Assembly: GCA_026713505.1 (NCBI GenBank)
Contig: JAPOOH010000387.1
Coordinates: 1-38,356 of the forward strand
Origin: Chloroflexota bacterium
Lineage (GTDB): Bacteria; Chloroflexota; Dehalococcoidia; Lucifugimonadales; Australimonadaceae
Length of the DNA: 38,356 nt
Direction: 5' to 3'
The translations under genes and the position numbers were made by a program. This document shows, one piece after another, positions 1 to 8,377 of the stretch; the first letter of the stretch is position 1; every line of letters starts with the position of its first letter. A model generated the notes under the pieces. It made no database searches. It saw only the letters and a program-made list of their open reading frames with translations, and was not told where the DNA came from.

Positions 1-2392
1 CCGGGCCCCGGCCCAGCCCGCCCCGTTTGCCCCGCACGACCCGCCACGTCTGCTCGCGCCCGTCCGGACTGGCGCCCGCCTGAATGAGCACGATGGGCGT
101 GTCTTGCGAACGCACACGGTCGCTCAGTGAACGATCAAGCAGGTCGGCCAGGAGCCCGCTGTCCCTTGTGCGTGTCAGTGCGCCGAGGATACGCACTTTC
201 TCCTCGTGCAGGTCTGCGGCGTCATGGAGATTCCAGAGTGCGTCGGCGACGTCACGTCCGGACTGCTGCGACGCCAGGCCGAAAGCGGCGGCGCGCATGT
301 CCGGCACGAGCGTCTCCTCGCCACTGGCGTGCTTGCGGAAGCGCGCCAGCGCCTCGGCGAGCGTCCTCTCGTCCCCATAGCCGCCAAACTGGTTGATGAC
401 GATGCTGCGCCGCAGCGACTCCAGGTGGCCGTCGCCGGACTGAGCGTCCCATCCCACTTGCGCCGCGATGCGGGCGAACAGGGAGCGTGCGTACACGCGG
501 AATGCGTCCAGGTGCGGCGTGGAGGAGAGCAGGCCCTCCAGCCCACGCAGGTTCGCAGCCAGGTCGCCCCACACGATGGCGTCCGTTTCGCCGACGAACG
601 ATTCGGCCAACTCAAGGAACACCGTCGCGGGAAGATGGCCGGACTTCACCAGCGCGTAGGCATCGTTCTGTAGGCCGAGCCGGTCAACGGGCGGCAATGC
701 GCCCGAGGATATCGCTTCGCCGAGCCTGCGCCACTCCCCCTCGGTATACGCGACGCGGAAGAATCCGGTCTGCCCGGCATTGAGCTTCACCCACTGGTCG
801 CCCGCGCCGGCGGCAAGAAGCGCGCGCTCACCGGCCAGAACGTGCTTGGAGGGAGCTCCGTTTCCGCCGTGCGCTATCGAGACGGGGATTGGCCAGAGCG
901 CCGGGTCCGCAGCCTCGCCCAGCAGACGGTCATAGAGGAACCGCGACTGCGTCACCGCTGCTTCCGCCTTCTCCACACTACGCGCTATCTCGGTCGTCAG
1001 CACCGGATAGCCGGTCTGCTTGATCCATGCCTCCATGAGCGGGACGACCGGCACGCCGAGGCCCAGGCCCTCTTCATCCGCAGCGGTGTTGATAGCCGCC
1101 CACAGGTGCTCTCCGCGCGCGTTGCCGTACGCGTGGCCGCTCAGGTAGGTGTGCAGGCCCTTGCGAAACGTCTCGGGCCCCACATAGTCCTCCAGCATGC
1201 GGAGCACGGACCCGCCCTTGCTGTAGCTGATGGCGTCGAACAACTCGCGTATCTCCGCGGGGTCGTCCACATTCGCCTCGATGGGGTGTGAGTTGCGCAA
1301 GCCGTCCAGCCCAAGCGCGGCGTTCGTGTCGTGGGAGACGAACTGGGTCCACATCTCCCACTCCGGGTAGAGGTGGTCAACCGTCTTGTCCCCCATCCAC
1401 GAGGCGAACGACTCGTTGAGCCAGAGGTCGTCCCACCATTCCATGGTGACGAGGTCGCCGAACCACATGTGCGCCATCTCGTGCGCGACTACCTCCAATA
1501 TCCGTTGCTTGGCCTGCGGAGCGGAGTTCTGCGGGTCGTACAGGAGCGCGGTCTCGCGGTAGGTGATTGCGCCCCAGTTCTCCATCGCACCCGCCGCAAA
1601 GTCAGGCACGGCGATGTGGTCCATCTTCGCGAGTGGGTACGGGATGCCAAAGTAGTCGTTCATGTAACGGAGCGCCGCGATGCTGTTCTCCAGCGCGAAT
1701 CGGCCCAACTCCTCCTTGCCCCGCGTCGCCCAGACACGCACGAGCGTGCCGTCCTCTGCGTTGCCCTGAACGCACGCCATGTCGCCAACGACGAACGCGA
1801 GGAGATAGGTGGACATCGCTGGTGTCGGGTCAAACGTGACGGCCTTGCGCCCTTCCGCCACAGGCTCCGTCGACGCGATGGCCATGTTGGAGATGGCCTC
1901 CAATTCCTCCGGCACCACGAGTGTGACGTCGAACGATGCCTTGACCGAGGGCTCATCCCAGCAGGGGAAAGCGCGGCGCGCGTCCGTCGCCTCGAACTGC
2001 GTCGTGGCTAGGCGGCGCTCGACTCCGTCGTTGTCCAGGTAGGTGCTGCGGTAGAAGCCGCGCAACTGGTCATTCAGCACACCTGTGAAGTCCAGGCTCA
2101 GCACGGCCTGTCCCGCGGGGAGCGGAGACGGGAAGCGCAGGGTCACTCGCTCCTGCTCCTCGTCGTACTCGATGGCTTCGGCTACCGACGTGCCAGCCGC
2201 CGTCTCCACAGAGGCGCGGGAGACATCAAGCTCAGACGCGTTCAGCGTCACCCAGGTGGTAGGCGTCTCAACCGCAACCTCGATCTCTTCGTGTCCAGCG
2301 AACGTGAACAAATCGAGGTCGGGTTCCAGCGACAGGCGATAGTGTAAGGGGTGGACGTTCCCAGGCAGGCGTGTGGACGGCGTTGTGGTCAT
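1..2392 (-). CDS. pepN: Aminopeptidase N (M1 zinc metallopeptidase); N-terminus complete, C-terminal end runs off the window start
   Basis: Absent from the ORF track because this minus frame has no stop inside the window. Hand translation from ATG 2392-2390 (GAGG about 10 nt upstream) gives MTTTPSTRLPGNVHPLHYRLSLEPD... It has the GAMENWG exopeptidase motif (nt 1571-1591) and HEMAHMWFGDLVTMEWWDDLWLNESFA, an HExxH-x18-E zinc site (nt 1403-1483). The frame stays open down to nt 2. Confidence 0.9.
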   Translation of the reverse strand, partial: MTTTPSTRLPGNVHPLHYRLSLEPDLDLFTFAGHEEIEVAVETPTTWVTLNASELDVSRASVETAAGTSVAEAIEYDEEQERVTLRFPSPLPAGQAVLSLDFTGVLNDQLRGFYRSTYLDNDGVERRLATTQFEATDARRAFPCWDEPSVKASFDVTLVVPEELEAISNMAIASTEPVAEGRKAVTFDPTPAMSTYLLAFVVGDMACVQGNAEDGTLVRVWATRGKEELGRFALENSIAALRYMNDYFGIPYPLAKMDHIAVPDFAAGAMENWGAITYRETALLYDPQNSAPQAKQRILEVVAHEMAHMWFGDLVTMEWWDDLWLNESFASWMGDKTVDHLYPEWEMWTQFVSHDTNAALGLDGLRNSHPIEANVDDPAEIRELFDAISYSKGGSVLRMLEDYVGPETFRKGLHTYLSGHAYGNARGEHLWAAINTAADEEGLGLGVPVVPLMEAWIKQTGYPVLTTEIARSVEKAEAAVTQSRFLYDRLLGEAADPALWPIPVSIAHGGNGAPSKHVLAGERALLAAGAGDQWVKLNAGQTGFFRVAYTEGEWRRLGEAISSGALPPVDRLGLQNDAYALVKSGHLPATVFLELAESFVGETDAIVWGDLAANLRGLEGLLSSTPHLDAFRVYARSLFARIAAQVGWDAQSGDGHLESLRRSIVINQFGGYGDERTLAEALARFRKHASGEETLVPDMRAAAFGLASQQSGRDVADALWNLHDAADLHEEKVRILGALTRTRDSGLLADLLDRSLSDRVRSQDTPIVLIQAGASPDGREQTWRVVRGKRGGLGRGP

Positions 2393-2585
2393 GGAAAGAA
2401 CCTCATGCCCGGCGAGGTGGAAATGGAAGGGTGCCCCCCGGGGAGACTTCATCGCTAACGATCCAACGGGAAGGGGCATTCTAATCCATTCCCAGTCGGT
2501 CGAACCAGCTAGCAGGGCATCGAGCACCGCCCTACCCGACCTTCTTAGAGCGGGATCCTCGCCCTACATCCAGGTGATACCACAT

Positions 2586-3560
2586 TCAGGAGCAGATAAC
2601 TTGCGCGGCCTCGACGATGCGTTGCGCCGTCGGGGTAACGTAGTCCTCCTCCGACTGGTGGTACGGTATGGGTACGTTGGGGATGGCTACCCGCTTGATC
2701 GGGGCCCTTAAGGAGTCGAAACCTTCTTCCGCGATAGTGGCCGCAATCTCGGATGCAACGCCACAACTCTTCTGGGTCTCGTCGGCGACGACCACGCGTC
2801 CCGTCTTGGCGACGGAGCGCAGGATCGCATCCTTGTCGAGTGGCACCAGGGTCCGCGGGTCCACGACTTCAGCGCTTACTCCCTGGTCCGCCAGTGATTC
2901 CGCAGCTTCCAACGCCCGATGCACCATGATGGAGGTCGCCACGATGGTGACATCCGAGCCCTCCCGCTTCACGTCAGCCACACCGAGAGGTATGTCCCCG
3001 CTCGACGTCTCGTCGACCTCGCCCATCAACGGGTGCAACCGCTCATGGTCGATGAATATGGTGGGGTTGTCGCTGCGGACAGCCGCCTTGATGAGGCCTC
3101 GCACGTCAGCCGGGCTCCCCGGAACACATATCTCCAATCCAGGGGTGTTCCAGTACATAGCCTGGGGCGCGGTAGAGTGCTGAAGCGCACCAGCCCCCCG
3201 GATGCCGGCGCGCATGTGGAAGACGACGGGGCACGTGACCTGCCCTCGCGAGCCGTAGTAGGCCTGAGGCGCCTCGTTGGCGATCTGTGGGAACGCCTCG
3301 AATGAGAATGACCCTGTGCCGATGGCCACGATAGGCCGTAGCCCGGTGAGCGCAGCGCCCACTGCGATGCCGCAGTAGCCGAGCTCAGCGATGGGCGGGT
3401 TGGTGATGCGGTCTCCGAACTTCTCTCTCAACTGCCCCCACACCGCCGGGTCGCCGTGCAGTCCACCGAACCCCGCCCCCATCAGGACGACGGTCTCGTC
3501 CTCGGCCAGCGCCTCGAGGATGCCGATGGCCATAGCTTCCGAATAGGTCATTTCCCTCAT
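2586..3560 (-). CDS. 2-oxoacid dehydrogenase E1 component, beta subunit (second, divergent copy)
   Basis: 324-aa ORF with a transketolase-like pyrimidine-binding and C-terminal domain pattern (ITNPPIAELGYCGIAVGAALTGLRPIV ... TIFIDHERL ... GSDVTIVA). It follows the alpha gene after 12 nt. About 30% identical by eye to the copy at 4619-5614. Confidence 0.85.
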   Translation of the reverse strand: MREMTYSEAMAIGILEALAEDETVVLMGAGFGGLHGDPAVWGQLREKFGDRITNPPIAELGYCGIAVGAALTGLRPIVAIGTGSFSFEAFPQIANEAPQAYYGSRGQVTCPVVFHMRAGIRGAGALQHSTAPQAMYWNTPGLEICVPGSPADVRGLIKAAVRSDNPTIFIDHERLHPLMGEVDETSSGDIPLGVADVKREGSDVTIVATSIMVHRALEAAESLADQGVSAEVVDPRTLVPLDKDAILRSVAKTGRVVVADETQKSCGVASEIAATIAEEGFDSLRAPIKRVAIPNVPIPYHQSEEDYVTPTAQRIVEAAQVICS

Positions 3561-3572
3561 GGTGGCTCCCTC

Positions 3573-4604
3573 CTAGGCGAAGATGTAGTCCATCGCGCTC
3601 TCAGGCGACGGGGTGGGGCTGGACAGGGCGAACTCGCGGGCTTCCTCGGCTTCCTTCCGGGTCGCGGCGTCGATCTCCTCGACCTCCTCTCTGGTCATGG
3701 CTCCTTCCTCGACGAGGCTCCTGCAGAGGAGCGAGACAGGATCCGAGTTGGTCAGCCAGTCCTGCAGGCGCGCGTCGGCCGTTCCGGGGTCCCAGGTCCA
3801 GTCCATCTGGTGCGGCCCGCCGATCAACTCCGGGAAGGAACCCCGGTTGCCCGGCCAACGAGTCATACGCGACTCGATGAAGAACGGCCCTTCCCCGGCG
3901 CGCGTTCGGTGGGCGAGTTCGGTCAGCAGCCCCGCTACCTCCCTGACGTCGCCGCCGTCGACCACGTGGGTCTCAACATTCATCGCTTTGGCAACGTCGG
4001 CCAACTGTGTTGCCGCAAACGAGGAAGACGGGTACTCGCCCTGACGGCGACCCTCTGGAAGCACGCTGTTGTTCTCGCACATCATGATGAGCGGCAGTTT
4101 CCACAGGGACGACATGTTGAGGGCCTCGTGGAACGCACCTTCTTCGAGCACGCCGTCGCCGAAGAACACCAGCGACACCTGGTCTGTCCCGCGCTTCTTG
4201 ATCGAGAACGCCGCACCGGCCGCCATCGGAACGCACCCCCCGACGATTGCGGACGTTTGGAGAACGCCCAGGTGTTTGGCGATGACGTGGAAGGTACCGC
4301 CGCGGCCTTTGTTGTAACCCGTCGTGCGGCCGATGATCTCGGCTATCACGGGGCTCGGCTCTCCTCCTCGAGCGATCACGTGACCATGGTTCCGGTGTGT
4401 TGTGAACATATAGTCGTCGGGGCCCAGGGCCATGCACGCCCCAACGCCTGAGGCCTCCTGCCCGATGTAAACGTGGTAGTGGCCTCTGATGAGGTCGTCA
4501 AAGCTCGTGGCCAGATCGATGACTTGCTCCTCGGCGCGCCGGATGAGCATCATGCGGTGCAACGCGCTCTTCAGGGTGTCAACTGACAGTTCCGAGCCGG
4601 CCAT
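3573..4604 (-). CDS. 2-oxoacid dehydrogenase E1 component, alpha subunit (second copy, ThDP-binding)
   Basis: 343-aa ORF with the ThDP motif FFGDGVLEEGAFHEALNMSSLWKLPLIMMCENN (GDG-x26-NN) plus THRNHGHVIARG. About 40% identical by eye to the copy at 5616-6587. Confidence 0.85.
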   Translation of the reverse strand: MAGSELSVDTLKSALHRMMLIRRAEEQVIDLATSFDDLIRGHYHVYIGQEASGVGACMALGPDDYMFTTHRNHGHVIARGGEPSPVIAEIIGRTTGYNKGRGGTFHVIAKHLGVLQTSAIVGGCVPMAAGAAFSIKKRGTDQVSLVFFGDGVLEEGAFHEALNMSSLWKLPLIMMCENNSVLPEGRRQGEYPSSSFAATQLADVAKAMNVETHVVDGGDVREVAGLLTELAHRTRAGEGPFFIESRMTRWPGNRGSFPELIGGPHQMDWTWDPGTADARLQDWLTNSDPVSLLCRSLVEEGAMTREEVEEIDAATRKEAEEAREFALSSPTPSPESAMDYIFA

Positions 4605-4618
4605 GTCCCACTCTCCTT

Positions 4619-5614
4619 TCAGGAGCCCTCTTCCTTACTGTAGCTGAGCATCCGGTGAAGCCGCGCTGCGATACCTGCCCGGTCCGGAACGAACGCTCGT
4701 TCCAACTTCGGACTCGCGGGCGGAGGGGTGTACGGCGCGCCGATACGAAGGACCGGCGCGTCAAGGTAGTCCATCGCCATCTCCTGCACGCGCGCTGCTA
4801 TCTCTGCCCCCAAGCCCCCTTGCACCACAGCCTCATGGGCCACCGCCAGCCGGTTGGTCTTGCGAACGGACTCGATGACCGTGTCGATGTCCAGTGGCAC
4901 GAGGCTGCGCAGGTCAATCACCTCTACAGAGATGCCCTTTCCGGCCAAGTCCTCGGCCGCCTCAAGGCATTCGGTCAGCATCCGTGAGTAGGATACCAAC
5001 GTGATGTCCGAACCCTCTCTCACGATGTGCGCCTTGCCCAATACGGATTCGCCCGGCTCAAGGCCATCGGGATCGTGGCGGAAGTAGAGCCCTCGATGCT
5101 CGATGAAAACGACCGGCGAATCGTCCCGGATGGATGCGCGGATCAGGCGGTTGGCGTCCGCCGCCGACCCGGGAGCCACAGCCTTGAGCCCTGGAACGTG
5201 GGCGAACCACGCTTCGAGACTCTGGGAGTGTTGCGACCCCCAACCTCCTTGAGCACCCTGCTGAACGCGGATCACCATCGGCACCGCGAGTTGCCCACCC
5301 GACATGAAGTGCACCTTCGCTGCATGGTTGACTAGCTGATTCATCGCCAGCGTTATGAAGTCCACAAACATGATTTCAACTATGGGCCGCTTGCCGGCCA
5401 CCGCGGCCCCCACGGCTATCCCCATGATCGTGTCTTCGCTGATGGGTGTATTGATGACGCGCCCGTGGCCAAACTCGTCCACGAGCCCCCGTGTGACGCC
5501 GAATGCCCCCCCCACCGCCACGTCCTCGCCGAGGATCATGACGCGAGGGTCGGCGCGCATCTCCTCAGCGATACCTTCACGAAGCGCGTCCACGAACCGC
5601 AGGTTCGCCATCAC
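4619..5614 (-). CDS. 2-oxoacid dehydrogenase E1 component, beta subunit (first copy)
   Basis: 331-aa ORF with canonical E1-beta motifs: ILGEDVAVGGAFGVTRGLVDEFGHGRVINTPISEDTIMGIAVGAAVAGKRPIVEIMF and VFIEHRGLY. The start is GTG-ATG, 1 nt after the alpha stop. Confidence 0.9.
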   Translation of the reverse strand: MMANLRFVDALREGIAEEMRADPRVMILGEDVAVGGAFGVTRGLVDEFGHGRVINTPISEDTIMGIAVGAAVAGKRPIVEIMFVDFITLAMNQLVNHAAKVHFMSGGQLAVPMVIRVQQGAQGGWGSQHSQSLEAWFAHVPGLKAVAPGSAADANRLIRASIRDDSPVVFIEHRGLYFRHDPDGLEPGESVLGKAHIVREGSDITLVSYSRMLTECLEAAEDLAGKGISVEVIDLRSLVPLDIDTVIESVRKTNRLAVAHEAVVQGGLGAEIAARVQEMAMDYLDAPVLRIGAPYTPPPASPKLERAFVPDRAGIAARLHRMLSYSKEEGS

Positions 5615-5615
5615 A

Positions 5616-6587
5616 CTACCCGAACACCCGCGCCGTCATGGCGTCCATCGAGAGGTACTCGCCCCCCAAGGCGAAGCGGACGGCGTCCTCGACCCGTTCA
5701 TCCGCCTCGCGCTTGACCGTGGAAGCGGCGTCCTCGTCGAGGGCCCTTTCCGACTTGAGCTGTTTCGTCAGTCTCTCGATTGGATCCTTCTCACGCCACT
5801 CCGCGACCTCGTTGGCTTGGCGATACTGGGCAGGGTCGCCGATGTAGTGTCCGCGGAGCCGGTAGGTGAGGCACTCGACCATCGTAGGCCCTTCCCCATT
5901 CCGTGCGTGTTCGACAGCCCTGGACATCGCTTCGAGAACCTCCAACAAGTCGTTACCGTCCACTGTTCGGGCGGGGATGCCATACGGCTTGCAGTGTTCC
6001 GAAACCCGCTCGACGACCGTGTGCTCTGACATCGGAGTGAACTCGGCGTAGCCATTGTTTTCGCAGACGAGGACCACTGGGAGCTTCCACAGGGCTGCGA
6101 TGTTCAGGCTCTCGTGGAACCCACCGGTATTCGCGGCGCCGTCGCCGAAGTACACGGCCACAACCAGCCCCGCGTCCCGGTGGGCCAGGGCGGTGCCCAG
6201 GGCCAGCGGGATCGTGCCGCCCACGATGCCCGTCGCGCCCATCGCTTTGACCTCAGCAGCCACCAGGTGCATCGAGCCGCCGAGTCCCTCGCAGTAGCCG
6301 TTCGCTCTGCCGGCGAGCTCCGCCATCATCTTGTTGATGTCGGCGCCGCGCGCGATGAAATGGCCGTGGGAGCGGTGCGTTCCGTAGAGGTAGTCCCCTT
6401 CCAAGAGGGAGGTCGCAACCGCCACAGCTACCGCCTCCTGGCCGATCCCCACGTGCACGAGTCCGGCGATGTCTCCCCTGTGATAGAGATCGATGACGCG
6501 CTCTTCGAACGCCCGTATCAGCACCATGCGGCGGAGCAGATCGAGCTTGTCTTCAGTCGTGATGTCCATGGTGGAACTCAATGACAT
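5616..6587 (-). CDS. 2-oxoacid dehydrogenase E1 component, alpha subunit (first copy, ThDP-binding)
   Basis: 323-aa ORF with YFGDGAANTGGFHESLNIAALWKLPVVLVCENN (GDG-x26-NN) and THRSHGHFIARG. A GGGAGGA sits immediately upstream of the ATG. Confidence 0.9.
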   Translation of the reverse strand: MSLSSTMDITTEDKLDLLRRMVLIRAFEERVIDLYHRGDIAGLVHVGIGQEAVAVAVATSLLEGDYLYGTHRSHGHFIARGADINKMMAELAGRANGYCEGLGGSMHLVAAEVKAMGATGIVGGTIPLALGTALAHRDAGLVVAVYFGDGAANTGGFHESLNIAALWKLPVVLVCENNGYAEFTPMSEHTVVERVSEHCKPYGIPARTVDGNDLLEVLEAMSRAVEHARNGEGPTMVECLTYRLRGHYIGDPAQYRQANEVAEWREKDPIERLTKQLKSERALDEDAASTVKREADERVEDAVRFALGGEYLSMDAMTARVFG

Positions 6588-6605
6588 TCCTCCCGTGCCG
6601 CTCTT

Positions 6606-7838
6606 TCATTCGAGCTCGGCCGGGTGCTCCAACACCCTCCTTATCTCAGCGGTGAACAGCGCTGCCTCGGCGCCGCTAACCGCGCGGTGGTCCGCCGACA
6701 GGGTTGCGCTCATCATCTTACGTATCTGAACCCCACCGTCGCGTGGCACCGCCGTGTCCTCCACCTCCCCGACGGCGAGCATCGCCACCTGCGGCGACAC
6801 GATGATGGCAGCGAACGCCGAGACGCCGAACATCCCGAGGTTGCTCACGGAGAATGTGCCCGTGTACTCCTCCTGGCGCAGCGACCCAGCTCTGGCACGC
6901 GCGGCGAGGTCTTTCGCAGCTGCGGCGATATCGGCCACGGACTTCCCCTCGCAAGAGGGTATCGCTGGCACTATCAGCCCCTCCTGCAAGGCGACAGCCA
7001 TACCCATGTTCACATGAGGATGCACACGGAGGTGGTCCCCCTCGAATGTTGCGTTAAACGCTGGGTGACGTTCCAGCGCGATCGAACACGCCTTCATCAG
7101 CAGGTCGTTCACGCTGACGCGCTGGTCGGCGGATAGCGGACTGTTCAGCGCGTCTCGCCAAGCCATGGCTTCTGTCATGTCCACGCGGACAGTCACATAG
7201 AAGTGCGGTGCCTCATTGAACGTGGACCGCGTCCTTCGAGCGACAGCCTGGCCCATCTTGCCGATGGGGATTCGACCATCCGGATCAGGCTGCCGGGGCG
7301 ACAGCCCTCCCTGCTCAGTCGGGGTGACAGTGGCAGCGCCAGGATCCGCTACGCGCCGTGTCTCGTCCTCTACGCCGCCGTCATGGAATGCAAGCACGTC
7401 GTCCCGGGTTACCCGGCCCAGGGGGCCCGTTCCTTCCACCAGCGACAAGTCCACCCCCAACTCCGAAGCGAGCCGACGTGCGAGGGGAGACACGAAACGC
7501 CGAGATACTGAGTCCCCGGCTGGAGATGTGGACGGTACCAACAGCCCAGGCCCGGGCGGCAACCTGGGTTCCGCTTCCGTGGCTTCCGGGACTGCCTCGC
7601 CAGGCTCGCCGATGTACGCGATGACCCCGCCTACGGGGACCGCCGTGCCTTCTACAACAAAGATGCGGAGAAGGGAACCGCTGGCAGGGGCCTCAAACTC
7701 AAAGACAGCCTTGTCCGCCTCGATCTCGGCGATCGCCTCGCCCTGGGCGACGCCATCACCCTCATGCTTCAGCCAGGAGACGACCGTCCCCTTTTCCATG
7801 TCGTACCCCATCCGGGGCATCGCGACTACTGTGGCCAT
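6606..7838 (-). CDS. Dihydrolipoamide acyltransferase (E2 core of a 2-oxoacid dehydrogenase complex)
   Basis: 410-aa ORF. It has a single N-terminal lipoyl domain (EIEADKAVFEFEAP, lipoyl-Lys K43 at nt 7710-7712), a Pro/Ala linker and a peripheral-subunit-binding domain (SPLARRLASELGVDLSLVEGTGPLGRVTRDDV). The catalytic domain carries GTFSVSNLGMFG and SADHRAVSGAEAA. Confidence 0.9.
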   Translation of the reverse strand: MATVVAMPRMGYDMEKGTVVSWLKHEGDGVAQGEAIAEIEADKAVFEFEAPASGSLLRIFVVEGTAVPVGGVIAYIGEPGEAVPEATEAEPRLPPGPGLLVPSTSPAGDSVSRRFVSPLARRLASELGVDLSLVEGTGPLGRVTRDDVLAFHDGGVEDETRRVADPGAATVTPTEQGGLSPRQPDPDGRIPIGKMGQAVARRTRSTFNEAPHFYVTVRVDMTEAMAWRDALNSPLSADQRVSVNDLLMKACSIALERHPAFNATFEGDHLRVHPHVNMGMAVALQEGLIVPAIPSCEGKSVADIAAAAKDLAARARAGSLRQEEYTGTFSVSNLGMFGVSAFAAIIVSPQVAMLAVGEVEDTAVPRDGGVQIRKMMSATLSADHRAVSGAEAALFTAEIRRVLEHPAELE

Positions 7839-8273
7839 CGGGAGTGCCTACCCGTACCGTAATCTCCAGCGATCGGACTGGGGCCTCAGCGCACGACAAC
7901 ACAGTCTGGAACGAACTCGGCTGCTGAGGACTCGACTCACTCCTTCACAGTGGGCGCGTGCGGGACTACGCACGTCCGACCGAATGGGCCTCGTGGAGGC
8001 TGACGGAGACTGCGGGCGGGACTTCAAGTGGCGTGATCGCCCGTATTCCGTGCATCCCGCCGGGCAGGGCCGACACCTTCCTCCAGCTCGGGCAGTCTCT
8101 ACTCCGGCTAACTCGTGCGTCAAGCGCAGTCGGTCAAAGGCAGAGGCCCCGCATACAGGTCCGCCTGCCCGCGCCCGGGGCTGAGGTGATGCACTGGCGG
8201 GATGCGTCATCATTCCAGGATCGTGCTCCCCTTCACTACGGTTGAGATGGCTCTCGGCACAAGCGAATGCGGT

Positions 8274-8302
8274 TTGACTCTCCTCCGACCTCAATATAGA
8301 TT
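8274..8302 (+). promoter_or_regulatory. Candidate sigma70-type promoter for the thiolase-like operon
   Basis: TTGACT (8274-8279), 17-nt spacer, TAGATT (8297-8302). It lies in the most AT-rich patch of the spacer, about 75-110 nt upstream of the possible starts at 8378 and 8414. Confidence 0.35.
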
Positions 8303-8377
8303 GCCGCCATCATCCCAAGTCTGATACTCCGGATGTCGTCGGGCTCTTTGTAGGAGTCGGACCTGGTTCCGGTATGT

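Noticed and set aside
7848-8294. 148-aa minus-strand ORF (and 7958-8245 plus) inside the long E2/thiolase spacer, considered as a possible missing regulator or small protein.
   Set aside because: The translation (for example ...PQPRARAGGPVCGASAFDRLRL...SRVRSRLCCRALRPQSDRW) is Arg/Ser/Pro/Cys-rich with no domain-like pattern and no SD. It is most likely a chance ORF in GC-rich non-coding DNA.
7839-8377. Checked the spacer by eye for housekeeping RNAs (RNase P, SRP/4.5S, tmRNA), because of fragments such as CUCCGGCUAACUCG and ACAGGUCCGCC.
   Set aside because: The diagnostic cores are absent on both strands: GAGGAAAGUCCGGGC for RNase P P4, the GGAAGCAGCC SRP domain IV, and a tRNA-like tmRNA 3' end. 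The similarity is limited to a few nucleotides. An unknown structured RNA is not excluded.
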